Of a stretch of DNA of 64,000 nt, positions 22,059 through 31,583 are shown in pieces. Source of the DNA: Nitrospinales bacterium (GTDB taxonomy: Bacteria > Nitrospinota > Nitrospinia > Nitrospinales > VA-1); NCBI GenBank assembly GCA_965223795.1, contig CBDCXL010000002.1:736001-800000 (forward strand), in the 5' to 3' direction. The position numbers were made by a program, and so were the translations under genes. Each line of letters opens with the position of its first letter. Positions within the stretch are counted from its first letter, which is position 1. The notes beneath the pieces were generated by a model. The model had not been told where the DNA came from, searched no databases, and saw nothing but the letters and a program-made list of their open reading frames with translations.

Positions 22059-23627
22059 TCAGGGAATGCGGAGCGCCTGCCAGAGGCTCACGGTTTTATC
22101 GGCGTTTTTTTCCTTGCGCGCGCCGTCCCACAACGCCACCGCGACGAGGACGGAATCGTCTTCAGCGAACGCCACATCGTAGGGGCTTTGGGTCATTCGA
22201 TCGCGCACCAGCACCACCTGCCACACGCCGTCCTGCCACATTCCTTCGCCCCGGATCTGCTGATCCTCGAGCGACTGCACCCAGAGCGTGCCCATGCCCT
22301 CGGCGTTGATCTCCTCGGCGGAGGCCCCGGTGAACGGGTTCACCACAGCAGCCGCATGTTCTGCCTGCCCCGTTGGAGCGGATGCGGCGGTTTCGCGCAC
22401 GACGGTCTGCGAGGCGTCGGCCTTCCAGTGCCAGATGTTGACCGGTTTCCCTTGCGACCCCATGCCGAAAAACGGGGTGTCGCGGATGCTTTTCCCTGCG
22501 GCCGCAAACTGCAGCGCGGCGGCGTCGAGGTAGAACCGGGGGCCGTCCACGGCGGCGTCGGGCGTGGCGTCTTCCCATTTGAGGCGAAACGCGATCCGTC
22601 TTTCGTTGTGGATGGACTGGATTTTAAACCCGCGCACCGGCGCTTTTTTGGCCTTCATGGGAAACAGCCGCACGGGCCGGGCCGGGATGGTTTGCCACAG
22701 CGGATCGCCGGGATTGGTGCCGATTTCCCCCTCCACCCTGTGGCTGGTGAGCGCATCGAGGGGGGCGGACGCCGGAGCCGCTTCCTGTTTGAAGCCGGAT
22801 CTCAGATAGTGCACCAGGTGCCAGATCTCGTCGTTGGAAAGGTAGTCGTAGGCGTTCATCGGCGTGCCGTCCATGCCGGTGACCAACGTCCGGTGCACCG
22901 CCCCGGCGGACGCACCGGCTTTGTAGCGGTCCGGGTGGCGCAGATCGTACACGAGCGAGGGATGCCCCCAGCTGTCGTTGAGCTCCGCTTCCAGAGCCCC
23001 TTCCCGCTCGCCCTCTTTGCCGTGGCAGCGGCCGCATCGCAGTTCGCGGTACAGACGTTTCCCGTGCGCGATGGAAAGCGAATTGACGGGCGGTTCCAGT
23101 TCCGGGTTGTAGACGAAATCGGGCGCTTCCAGCTCGAAACGGTGCGAAAAGGTTTTGATGTATTCCACCAGCGTGTCGATCGTCTCGTCCGAGAGGACGC
23201 TACCCCAGGACGGCATGGCGGTGCCGGGAATGCCGTTGCGGATGGTGCGCTCCAGATCCTGATCGAGAGGCAGGTTGTTGGTGCGGGTGGAACGGATTTT
23301 AAACAGCCCCATGCTGAGGTCGCGCGGGCGCGGTGACAGGTAATAGGAAATCCGGCCGTTGCCCTGCCCCGCCCGGCCGTGGCAGTGGGCGCAGAACCGC
23401 AGGTAGTGAACGCGGCCGCGCTCAATGCGGGCGCGCCGTTTCTCAACGAGCGAGCCCTGCTCCGGAAACGGTTCGGTGGCCTCAATCATGCGCTCGATGG
23501 TGCGCGACTCGATGGCCCACGCAAGCGAACCGCCCGATTGGGCCCAACCCAATAGCAGCGCGACGGCCGCGGCGAAAACGATGCACAGCCTTTGACTGCA
23601 ATGCGATTGCGATGGGAGCGTCTGCAT
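22059..23627 (-). CDS. diheme c-type cytochrome fused to an ethylbenzene-dehydrogenase-gamma (EB_dh)-like domain
   Basis: signal; CAHCH and CGRCH with GIPGTAMP/GMDGTPM; C-terminal W.DATP, DAAALQF, MG..GKPVNIWHWKA, AVALWDG. Confidence 0.85.
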   Translation of the reverse strand: MQTLPSQSHCSQRLCIVFAAAVALLLGWAQSGGSLAWAIESRTIERMIEATEPFPEQGSLVEKRRARIERGRVHYLRFCAHCHGRAGQGNGRISYYLSPRPRDLSMGLFKIRSTRTNNLPLDQDLERTIRNGIPGTAMPSWGSVLSDETIDTLVEYIKTFSHRFELEAPDFVYNPELEPPVNSLSIAHGKRLYRELRCGRCHGKEGEREGALEAELNDSWGHPSLVYDLRHPDRYKAGASAGAVHRTLVTGMDGTPMNAYDYLSNDEIWHLVHYLRSGFKQEAAPASAPLDALTSHRVEGEIGTNPGDPLWQTIPARPVRLFPMKAKKAPVRGFKIQSIHNERRIAFRLKWEDATPDAAVDGPRFYLDAAALQFAAAGKSIRDTPFFGMGSQGKPVNIWHWKADASQTVVRETAASAPTGQAEHAAAVVNPFTGASAEEINAEGMGTLWVQSLEDQQIRGEGMWQDGVWQVVLVRDRMTQSPYDVAFAEDDSVLVAVALWDGARKEKNADKTVSLWQALRIP

Positions 23628-23732
23628 GCTTCATCCCTCATGCGGGCAAACCGGCGGATGGTCACGCATCCATTCTTGCCGAATCGCCGGGGCTTGTAAA
23701 GCGGGAATCCCGCTTTCAGGCCGGGGAACGGC

Positions 23733-24257
23733 TCATTCGGCCGGGTCGGAGCCGGAACTCACTTTTTTCTTCTGCTGCTGCCTGAGCGCCCGGCGCTTCG
23801 CGTGGTCCTGCCGCACCAGGATGATGGCACCCTCGGCCATGAGTCCGAGAAACCATACGGTGGTGAAAACGATGATCCATAAAAAGATGATGTTGAACCA
23901 GTACTGAAACGGAGTGTAGTCGGTGGAGATGTGAATCAGCGCGCGGATTTCCTCACGCTTGACTTCGGAGGAAGTCACGTATTTGGCGTAAAAAGGGTGC
24001 TTCTGTTTCTTGGCGAACTCCGCCTGCTCTTCCCGGGGAAGCTTGATGAACTTGCTCACCTCCATGATGTTTTCCTTGAAGAACAGGCGCATGTTCCTCA
24101 TTTCGGGCGAGTCGGGCGGGTTCTGCCAGGCGTACCATACGGTCAGCACCGTCGATAAAATAAGGGATGACCAGAGGGAAATTTTTCGGTATAAGTTTTC
24201 TTTCTTATCATCCCGAAATTCATCGTCCTGAAATTCATTGTCGGCATTGGGTTTCAT
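23733..24257 (-). CDS. 2-TM membrane hypothetical protein
   Basis: two hydrophobic helices flanking a loop. Confidence 0.75.
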   Translation of the reverse strand: MKPNADNEFQDDEFRDDKKENLYRKISLWSSLILSTVLTVWYAWQNPPDSPEMRNMRLFFKENIMEVSKFIKLPREEQAEFAKKQKHPFYAKYVTSSEVKREEIRALIHISTDYTPFQYWFNIIFLWIIVFTTVWFLGLMAEGAIILVRQDHAKRRALRQQQKKKVSSGSDPAE

Positions 24258-24457
24258 GTCTGCAATGTCTCTGTCTCTGGTTGGATGTGAGCTGAAAGCG
24301 GGATGGACCGCTTGAAATTTTTATGTTTAATCCTATTTGGGGCGGATTGTCAACCCAAACGGGGTTCACGGAGAAACGGGCGCGGCCCGGCGGCCTTCCC
24401 TCCCGCTGAAGCCTGCAGGTCCAGACCGGCCAGTTCTCTCCTTCCGGGACGCGCAGC

Positions 24458-25837
24458 GTGGACGAACGACCGAGAAAATCGGGATTCAATACAGGATACC
24501 TGCGGCTGCTCAAGGGCAACAAGCCGTTTCGCCACCTGTGGTACGGCCAGGTGATCTCCGAACTCGGGGACTGGCTCAACAGCCTGGCGATTTACGCCCT
24601 GATCCTCAAGATGGGCGGATCGGGCACGGCGATGGCGGGCGCGATGGTGGCGAAGCTTCTGCCGATTTTTTTCGTGAGTCCGATCGCCGGTGTGATGATC
24701 GACCGCTTCCCGCGCAAATCGGTGATGATCGTGAGCGACGTGCTGCGCTTCATCGTCGTGCTGGGCTTTCTGCTGGTGGGTGGACCGGAAGACCTGTGGC
24801 TCCTGTACACGCTCGTCGTCGTCGAGATCTCGCTTGCGGGTTTTTTCGAGCCGGCGCGCAGCGCCATCATTCCCTCGCTCGTCCCCACCAAGGACCTGGT
24901 GACGGCCAACGCGCTGAGCGGTTCGACCTGGTCGGTGATGCTGGCGTTCGGCGCGGCGCTGGGCGGCGTGGTGGTGAGCCTTCTGGGCATCCGCGCTGCG
25001 TTCATCCTGGATGCGGTGACGTTTCTGTTTTCCGCCTGGTTCATCGCGCAGATTCCGAAATCGGCCGACGCCGCGCGCAAAATGGACGCAAGCGGGGCCA
25101 GCGGCTGGCAGAACCTGATCGACGGGGCGCGCTACATTCTGGTGCGGCCGGTCATCCTGGCGCTGACGCTGATCAAGTCCGGGCTCGCGGTCTCCGGCGG
25201 CGCGATGACGCTGATCCCGCTGTTCGCCAACCGCCTGTTCACCAGCACCTCGGCCATTTCGATGAGCATCGGCATCATGTACTCGTCGCGCGGCATCGGC
25301 GCCGCCATCGGCCCAATCCTGGTGAAGCACTTTTTCGGCGAATCCTCGCGCGCGCTGCGCATCTCCATCTTCGTGTGCTTTCTGTTGAGCGCCGCTTCGT
25401 ACGTTGTGTTCGCCCAGTCGGAGTCTCTTTTGGGCGCCTGCATGGGCATCGGGCTGGCGACGCTGTTCGGTTCGGTCATCTGGGTGTTCAGCTCTTCGCT
25501 CATCCACCTGGAAGCGGAAGAACGGTTTCTCGGCCGGGTGTTCAGCACGGAGATGGGGCTTTTGACCCTGGTCATGGGGCTCAGCAACTGGGGCGTGGGC
25601 TATGCGGTGGATCACCTGTCGCTTTCGCTCACCGCGGTGACGCTGTGGATGGCGGGACTGCTGGCGCTGCCGGGCCTGCTTTGGGGCGGGTTCATCACTC
25701 TCGAACGCGGCAAGCTCAAGCCGGGACCGTGCTATTCCACTGAGTGCCCGGTGGATGCCAGCGGCTTCAACCCGCTGCCCGTCAAACCCGGCCTCAATCC
25801 GGAAACGGTGGCGAAGGACGACTCCCAAACCCTTTGA
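24458..25837 (+). CDS. MFS transporter (H+ antiporter/MFS_3-like)
   Basis: F..LW.GQ.IS..GD; G.MIDRFPRK motif A; about 12 TM. Confidence 0.9.
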   Translation: MDERPRKSGFNTGYLRLLKGNKPFRHLWYGQVISELGDWLNSLAIYALILKMGGSGTAMAGAMVAKLLPIFFVSPIAGVMIDRFPRKSVMIVSDVLRFIVVLGFLLVGGPEDLWLLYTLVVVEISLAGFFEPARSAIIPSLVPTKDLVTANALSGSTWSVMLAFGAALGGVVVSLLGIRAAFILDAVTFLFSAWFIAQIPKSADAARKMDASGASGWQNLIDGARYILVRPVILALTLIKSGLAVSGGAMTLIPLFANRLFTSTSAISMSIGIMYSSRGIGAAIGPILVKHFFGESSRALRISIFVCFLLSAASYVVFAQSESLLGACMGIGLATLFGSVIWVFSSSLIHLEAEERFLGRVFSTEMGLLTLVMGLSNWGVGYAVDHLSLSLTAVTLWMAGLLALPGLLWGGFITLERGKLKPGPCYSTECPVDASGFNPLPVKPGLNPETVAKDDSQTL

Positions 25838-25855
25838 GACGCAGCCCGGCTTCAA

Positions 25856-26095
25856 TCCTCCTCAAGCAGCCCGCTGTTACAGGGATTCCTTAATTATAAA
25901 ATGCCCGGCGAGGGATTTTCGGACAGCGGCTCGATTCCCTCAGGAACGGCTCAAGGTTATGAGGATTCGTTGATGATAAAATGCCCGGCGAGGGATTTTC
26001 GGACAGCGGCTCGATGGTCTTGTGAGCAGCCCGATACTAAGGGGATTGATTGATTATAAAATGTTCAGCTAAAGATTTGCCGATGTCGAAGTGGT
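25856..26095 (-). repeat. three 80-bp units; the last is the 3' end of the gene at 26037
   Basis: 40-bp identical core at 25896-25935 and 25976-26015; in-register stops at 25877, 25957, 26037. Confidence 0.85.
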
Positions 26096-26393
26096 GGATC
26101 ACGGAGGTGGCGTCGTCGCGCTGACGCGCCTTGTCGTAAGCGGCGGCGACGCGCTCCCGATCGCCCAGGGCGTGCAGCACGCCGACGGAAACCAGGCTGG
26201 TGGCCAGATCGGGGGACAGGGAATAGTCGGCGACCAGGGCCGTCATCTGCACGCGGTCCGCTTCGTTCAGAGCGCGGTAGGTTTCCACCAGCCGCACCAT
26301 GTTTTCTTCCCCGAACTGATTGGCGTACCCGGAACCGATCACCGGTTCGTGATAGAGGCTGAGGATCTTCTCTTCGAGGCTGGGTGCGTTCAT
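26037..26393 (-). CDS. hypothetical protein
   Basis: 118 aa ORF with GC-typical codons, downstream of def. Confidence 0.75.
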   Translation of the reverse strand: MNAPSLEEKILSLYHEPVIGSGYANQFGEENMVRLVETYRALNEADRVQMTALVADYSLSPDLATSLVSVGVLHALGDRERVAAAYDKARQRDDATSVIHHFDIGKSLAEHFIINQSP

Positions 26394-26468
26394 GAGGATG
26401 CCGGATGCGTCCGCGAGGCGGTCAGCGTGCCGGGCGGCACGGAGTGAGCCGGCGCACGTAAAAAGCGG

Positions 26469-27065
26469 TCATGACCCCGCCACCGTGTTTTTACCCGCAC
26501 CGCTGCCCTGCGGGTCCACGGCCGGTTCCGCATCCATCCAGTAGGTCTGGTATTCATCCATGTAGGCGAGCTTGGTGAAATCCTTCATGCGGTCCAGGAA
26601 CACGATGCCGTTGAGATGGTCGATCTCATGCTGCAGCACGATGGCCAGAAACCCTTTCGCCTGAACCACGGATTTTTTCCCGGTGCGGTCGTAGGCTTCC
26701 AGCGTCACTTCGCGCGAGCGGGAAACATAGCCTCTGAAATCGATCAGGCTGAGGCAGCTCTCCCAGCCCATGACCGTTTCTTCGCTGTATCGGGTGATCT
26801 TTGGATTGACCAGCACCGTCAGAGGGATCAAGGCTTTACCGGGATACCGCTCATTGTCCACGCATTCTAAGACCACGATCTGCACCGACCGCGACACCTG
26901 CGGCGCCGCCAGACCGACGCCGCCTTCCTTGCGCATGGTCTCGATCATAGCGTCAATGAAAACCTGAATTTCGCTGTCGGGGTCCTTGAGCGCCTCAAGG
27001 TCCACCGGTTTCGATTTCTGTCTTAAAATCGGATTCCCCAGCCGGGCCACTTTCAATGCCGCCAT
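26469..27065 (-). CDS. def: peptide deformylase
   Basis: GVGLAAPQ; ESCLS; QHEIDHLNG. Confidence 0.96.
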   Translation of the reverse strand: MAALKVARLGNPILRQKSKPVDLEALKDPDSEIQVFIDAMIETMRKEGGVGLAAPQVSRSVQIVVLECVDNERYPGKALIPLTVLVNPKITRYSEETVMGWESCLSLIDFRGYVSRSREVTLEAYDRTGKKSVVQAKGFLAIVLQHEIDHLNGIVFLDRMKDFTKLAYMDEYQTYWMDAEPAVDPQGSGAGKNTVAGS

Positions 27066-27307
27066 CTTCAGTTTCCTTTCGATGCGTCTTGCGCGTGAAT
27101 GCGTGTTCAAAAACCGTTGCGGTTTGACTCCCCTGCCATGACGAATGGGTGCTAAATTTAAAAGTATACTTCACTCCGCTTGTGTTGTCCCGCCGCAACG
27201 CTTGCTTTAAAAGGGCTTGACGGACTTATTGTAACACAGGGGGCCTCAGGACGGCTTAAAATCTGGCTCTGACGGCCCATCCGCCCGCAAAGCCCCGGTT
27301 TTTTTGA

Positions 27308-27335
27308 TTGACTTTTAAACGTGTTTTTTTATAAT
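27308..27335 (+). promoter_or_regulatory. sigma70 promoter of hup
   Basis: TTGACT-N16-TATAAT. Confidence 0.7.
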
Positions 27336-27379
27336 GCACGCGCCGGAATAACAATATTCATGAAAGGAGGGGATGGTCT

Positions 27380-27658
27380 TTGACAAAAGATGAACTGATA
27401 GCCAGCGTAATCAAAACATGTAAGGATCCAAATCTTTCCAAAAGATTGACCAACGATGTGCTTGATGCTGCTTTTGAGAATATAACCAAAGCCATCAAAA
27501 AGGAGAAAAGGTTTGCCTATCCCGGCTTCGGTACTTTCACGGTGCGCAGCCGCAAAGCCCGCAAAGGGCGGAATCCTCAAACCGGTGAGGAAATCAAAAT
27601 CAAGGCAAGCAAAACGGTAGGCTTCAAGCCTGCTCCCACCCTGAAGAACTCCTTGTAA
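27380..27658 (+). CDS. hup: DNA-binding protein HU (TTG start)
   Basis: GFGTF...RKGRNPQTGE.I.I.A...FKP; RBS AAGGAGG. Confidence 0.95.
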   Translation: MTKDELIASVIKTCKDPNLSKRLTNDVLDAAFENITKAIKKEKRFAYPGFGTFTVRSRKARKGRNPQTGEEIKIKASKTVGFKPAPTLKNSL

Positions 27659-27684
27659 CGGCATTCGCCTGGTTTCAGGCCGTG

Positions 27685-27718
27685 AAAAAACCGCCTCCCT
27701 CGGGAGGCGGTTTTTTTT
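27685..27718. terminator. bidirectional intrinsic terminator
   Basis: AAAAAACCGCCTCCC-TC-GGGAGGCGGTTTTTTTT between convergent genes. Confidence 0.85.
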
Positions 27719-27745
27719 ATGGAATCCGGCAGGCAAACAGGGCGG

Positions 27746-30013
27746 TCAGGGCGCGATCAGGCTGAACTCGATGTCATTGGCTTTCAGATCGCGCGACAAC
27801 CTTGCGGCGTCTTTTTCCTTGGCGAACGCGCCCAGCAGAACGCGAAAGCGCGTGCTGGAAAAATCACCGTCGCTGGTGGTGAACAGGAACGGCGACAGGC
27901 CCAATGAGCGCAGGGCGTCGATCTTTTCCTGCGCCTGCTCCTCGGCGTCGTACTCTCCCGCAAGCAGCGTGTAGGGATAGTGGACGGGCACCGCGAAGCG
28001 CGCGATGGGATACCGCTTCAACATCCGCGCCACGTCCCGCGCCAGCGTTTCATCGAAAAAACGCCCGACGTAGACCCGGAAGATCTTTCGCTTGCGGGAA
28101 ATGTACACCGGCGTGGAATACGCATTGAATCCCTTGCTGCGCAGCGCGTTGATCGCCTGAGTCGCCATGTGTTGATCCATGTGGCTGGAAGCGTGAATGA
28201 CGTAGGCCGATTCCAGGGGGCGCTCCCTGGAGAAAATCCCCACCGGTTCCGGTTCCTGCTGTTCGGGCCCGGAGAGGTCCGCCGGGGTGGCGGTCATCTG
28301 CACGAACGGAACGAATCCGGCTTTTTCCTGATGCTCTTTCACGCGGAACGTTTCGTTGCGGATTTTCCATTCGGAGTCTTCCCAGACGATGTCGATGTCC
28401 TTGCGCCCGAAGCTTTCCATTTTTCTCGATGAAAAACTCTGATCGAAGGACACCATCGGGCCGCCGGCCTTGAGCACCAGGATGGCGCGGTGCGTCCGGA
28501 TGCGCACGTCCTGATGGCGCTTGAACATCCTGCGCTTGAGGGCGCGGATGCCGCCGCCCGCGGTGGCTGAAAGCGCCTGATCGGAAAACCGGTCCATGTG
28601 CCCGTCGAGGTCTCCCGCTTCCCAGGTCTGCTTCCAGTCTTTGAGCATTTCGAAGATCTGCAGCTTGTCGCGGGCGTTTTCGGAAGGCAGGCGGTTTTCC
28701 TGGGACGCCGCGAACACGTCGTCGCCCGTGCCCAGCGGCGCGGAAAACCGCTGGCGGATCACTTTCCACTCCTGCCACTGGCTTTGCAACAGTTCCCGCG
28801 CTTTTTGCCGGTCGACCTCCGCCAGCCGCTCTTCCAGCTTTTCGAGGTTGAGGCGCGTGCCTTCGCGAAGGCCGTTCATGTTGCCGAACACGAAACTGTC
28901 GGGATTGTCGAGCCAGACGGCGACCACGAAGCGGTTGGCGTCGGCATTCTCGATGCCCAGTTTTTTCGAGATGGAAAACAGGTTTTCCCCTCTTTGCAAG
29001 GGCCCATAGCGGGCCGGCCCCAGTCCTCCGGCAAGCGTGGTGTCGTCGCCTGTGGTGGACACGGCTTCCTCTTCCGCGGCCGTTGAGGACGGCGGCGGTT
29101 CTAAGGCGGGTTCGGGCTGCGGCTCCACTTCAGGCTCAGGCGTTTCGTCTTCCACCTTCTGTGCCACTTCCACCGGAGCTTCCTCCTGCTCCGGTTCGAG
29201 CTCCTCGGGTTCCATGGGCGGCGCTTCCGGCGCGATGCGTTTTCGCGCCCAGCGCGCGGTCTGAATCGGACGATCCGGTTCGCGTTTTCCCATCAACGGC
29301 GACGGCGGCCTGGCCTGCGACGCTGTGGCCGAAACGGGCTGCGTGGGCGCATCGTCTTTGGGAGTCTCGACGCCCGCGGAAGCAACCGCGTCGGCGGCGT
29401 CGGATTCGGGCTTTTTGGTGGCAGCGGCGGACGGAGAATCCGAACCGCTCTCACCGCCTTTGAGCAGATCGACGGGTTCGTTGACCGGCGGCGGAGACTG
29501 GCTCTTCTTTCTGCCTTTGACGTTGAGCGCGAGACTCTGCCTGAAGTCCACGGTGACCAGGTAGTTCTCGATCACCGTACCGCCGTCGTGGGTGCCGCGC
29601 AGGACGAGGTTGAACGAGGGATAAAACAGGGGACGCTTGGAAACGACGCGGACGACCTTGCGTCCGCCCTGAAGCTGAATGGTTTTTTCGATGGCGAGGT
29701 TGTCGATGATGCGGGGCCGGTCGATTTCCAGCCTGCGGTAATCCTCCTCGCTGCCGATCTGGACGTCCACCTTGCCTTCCCCTTCCAGGATCAGGTCCAG
29801 CTCGGCATTGAAGCGCTCGCCGAAATTGCTTTTGATGTCGATGTCACCGAAGGAAAATCCCCAGACCGTAGCCGGGAGTGCGGCGAACAGAATGCAGAAT
29901 AAGAAAAGCACAAGCGGCGGGATGCGTCGCTGGTTTGCTGGTGAGATCTCTGTGGAAGAAAAGCGCAATGGGAACAACCTGGAACTCATGGCATCGCTTG
30001 AAAGCCGGCGCAT
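27746..30013 (-). CDS. FimV-like N-terminal, LysM-like, NTF2-like and SPOR domain protein (start uncertain)
   Basis: FGDIDIKSNFGERFNAE (FimV N-term); YGPLQRGENLFSI..NP.SF..GNMN; W...WEAGD; C-terminal FRVYVGRF and FRVLLGAF SPOR repeats. Confidence 0.75.
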   Translation of the reverse strand: MRRLSSDAMSSRLFPLRFSSTEISPANQRRIPPLVLFLFCILFAALPATVWGFSFGDIDIKSNFGERFNAELDLILEGEGKVDVQIGSEEDYRRLEIDRPRIIDNLAIEKTIQLQGGRKVVRVVSKRPLFYPSFNLVLRGTHDGGTVIENYLVTVDFRQSLALNVKGRKKSQSPPPVNEPVDLLKGGESGSDSPSAAATKKPESDAADAVASAGVETPKDDAPTQPVSATASQARPPSPLMGKREPDRPIQTARWARKRIAPEAPPMEPEELEPEQEEAPVEVAQKVEDETPEPEVEPQPEPALEPPPSSTAAEEEAVSTTGDDTTLAGGLGPARYGPLQRGENLFSISKKLGIENADANRFVVAVWLDNPDSFVFGNMNGLREGTRLNLEKLEERLAEVDRQKARELLQSQWQEWKVIRQRFSAPLGTGDDVFAASQENRLPSENARDKLQIFEMLKDWKQTWEAGDLDGHMDRFSDQALSATAGGGIRALKRRMFKRHQDVRIRTHRAILVLKAGGPMVSFDQSFSSRKMESFGRKDIDIVWEDSEWKIRNETFRVKEHQEKAGFVPFVQMTATPADLSGPEQQEPEPVGIFSRERPLESAYVIHASSHMDQHMATQAINALRSKGFNAYSTPVYISRKRKIFRVYVGRFFDETLARDVARMLKRYPIARFAVPVHYPYTLLAGEYDAEEQAQEKIDALRSLGLSPFLFTTSDGDFSSTRFRVLLGAFAKEKDAARLSRDLKANDIEFSLIAP

Positions 30014-30035
30014 TCTTATGATTCCTTTTTGATTC

Positions 30036-30470
30036 CTATTTTTCCCTCTGTTCTTTGTTGGCTTTTTCGAACCGGCGGTACGCACCCCGATTGGCTTTTT
30101 CGGGATACCGGGTTTTGCGGTCGTACCGATTGCGCACCCAATCCTTCTCTATATAGTGGCAGGATCGGCACTGACGCGTGCGTTTGAAAAAGGGCCTGCG
30201 GTACGCGTCGCGCACCGAAACGATGTGTTCTTCGGCTTCAAAGTTTTTATGAATGTGGCAGCTTTTGCAGTATTCATTGATGATCTTGTTGTTTTTGTCG
30301 GCGGAATAGTCACCGTGAAACGCATTTTCCACTAGTTTGTCGGTGCAACCCGCTCCAGACAAAAGCAGCAGGACGGCAAAAACAATTCCCGGGACGGTGC
30401 GGGGGATCGGATTCCAGGCGCCCTGTACCGGGACGGACGCAGAGGCCTCTGTGAACCGCGCGGCGGGCAT
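30036..30470 (-). CDS. diheme c-type cytochrome lipoprotein (start uncertain)
   Basis: lipobox-like LSGAGC; CKSCH and CRSCH. Confidence 0.7.
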   Translation of the reverse strand: MPAARFTEASASVPVQGAWNPIPRTVPGIVFAVLLLLSGAGCTDKLVENAFHGDYSADKNNKIINEYCKSCHIHKNFEAEEHIVSVRDAYRRPFFKRTRQCRSCHYIEKDWVRNRYDRKTRYPEKANRGAYRRFEKANKEQREK

Positions 30471-30636
30471 CTTCAATACCTCAAACGTTTTCAAAACAGC
30501 CGGATAGCGCGGGGTTTCTGCGTGTTCTCGCAAACTGCGGGCCTTTGGACTTCCGCGCCCGTGAAGGCGCGAATGCAACCGCTCTTTCATTGTTTCATGG
30601 AGCGCTTGCCCTGACAATAAAAATCGATAATTCAAA

Positions 30637-31308
30637 CTAGATAGGCCGGGATTTGATCTGTTCGTAGTGACGCAACACTTTTTGTGAATACCGCTTCGGC
30701 TGAATGCCTTTTTTCAGATAGCGCTTCAATTTGGTGGGACCGTAATTGTAGGCTTCCAACGCGAGGGAGATATCTCCGAAACGCTGAATCAGCTTGCTCA
30801 AATAAAGCGCGCCGAGCGCGATGTTGCTGGCCGGATCGTACAGCGTGTGCTGACCTTTCCACTCGAGCTTGGCCTCGGCGGCGAGCGCCACGCCGGTTTT
30901 GGGCCGGATCTGCATCAACCCAAGAGCACCCCGGTTGGAACGGGCCTTGTTGTCGAAGGAACTTTCAGTGATGATGAGCGCCGCCAAAAATAACGGATCG
31001 TGACCGTATTTTTTACTTTCGCGCATGATGTGTCCGGATATCTGGCTGCGTGTTCCGAGTTTGAGGTCGGTCTTGTACTCCGCGATCAAGCGCACGATCT
31101 TGTTTTTGACGTTTTCATCTTTTTTGAGCGCGAGCGCCTTCTGGATTTCTTTCCGCTCTAAAAAAGCACGCTCCTGAAAATGATAAAGCGAAGAAGAATA
31201 CGGAGTGAGCCCCTTCACCGCATGCGTCCTCTCTCCAGTGAAACTGCCGACAAGGGCGATCACCGGCAGCATCGGCAACAACAACGCGTGGGTTTTAGTG
31301 AGCTTCAT
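30637..31308 (-). CDS. lytic transglycosylase (SLT domain)
   Basis: IITESSF; GALGLMQI; NI..G..YL; AYNYGP. Confidence 0.92.
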   Translation of the reverse strand: MKLTKTHALLLPMLPVIALVGSFTGERTHAVKGLTPYSSSLYHFQERAFLERKEIQKALALKKDENVKNKIVRLIAEYKTDLKLGTRSQISGHIMRESKKYGHDPLFLAALIITESSFDNKARSNRGALGLMQIRPKTGVALAAEAKLEWKGQHTLYDPASNIALGALYLSKLIQRFGDISLALEAYNYGPTKLKRYLKKGIQPKRYSQKVLRHYEQIKSRPI

Positions 31309-31424
31309 GGTTTCACTCGCAAGGTCTCGGTGACATCGGGTGTCGGAATACCGGCTCCGTTCACAACAGGCGGCCGCCGTCCGGCTTCACCTCAATCCTA
31401 TCGCAGGATCGATTTTTCTTCGCG

Positions 31425-31453
31425 ATTATAGTGGAACGACGAAGCCTTGTCAA
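31425..31453 (-). promoter_or_regulatory. consensus sigma70 promoter of the SLT gene
   Basis: TTGACA-N17-TATAAT, exact consensus. Confidence 0.85.
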
Positions 31454-31583
31454 ATCCCTACTGATCTTTATAACAATAAGTTACAAGGGTTTGAGACGGT
31501 TTTGAAGTTGAGGATTGGGTTGCTATTTATGGTTTTTGCAATATAATGTAACGGGGATCTAACCGACTATTTAACAAATTGTT

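Noticed and set aside
25896..26015. CRISPR mini-array (40-bp repeat, 40-bp spacer)
   Set aside because: The spacers are homologous to one another and to the gene 3' end, so this is tandem duplication
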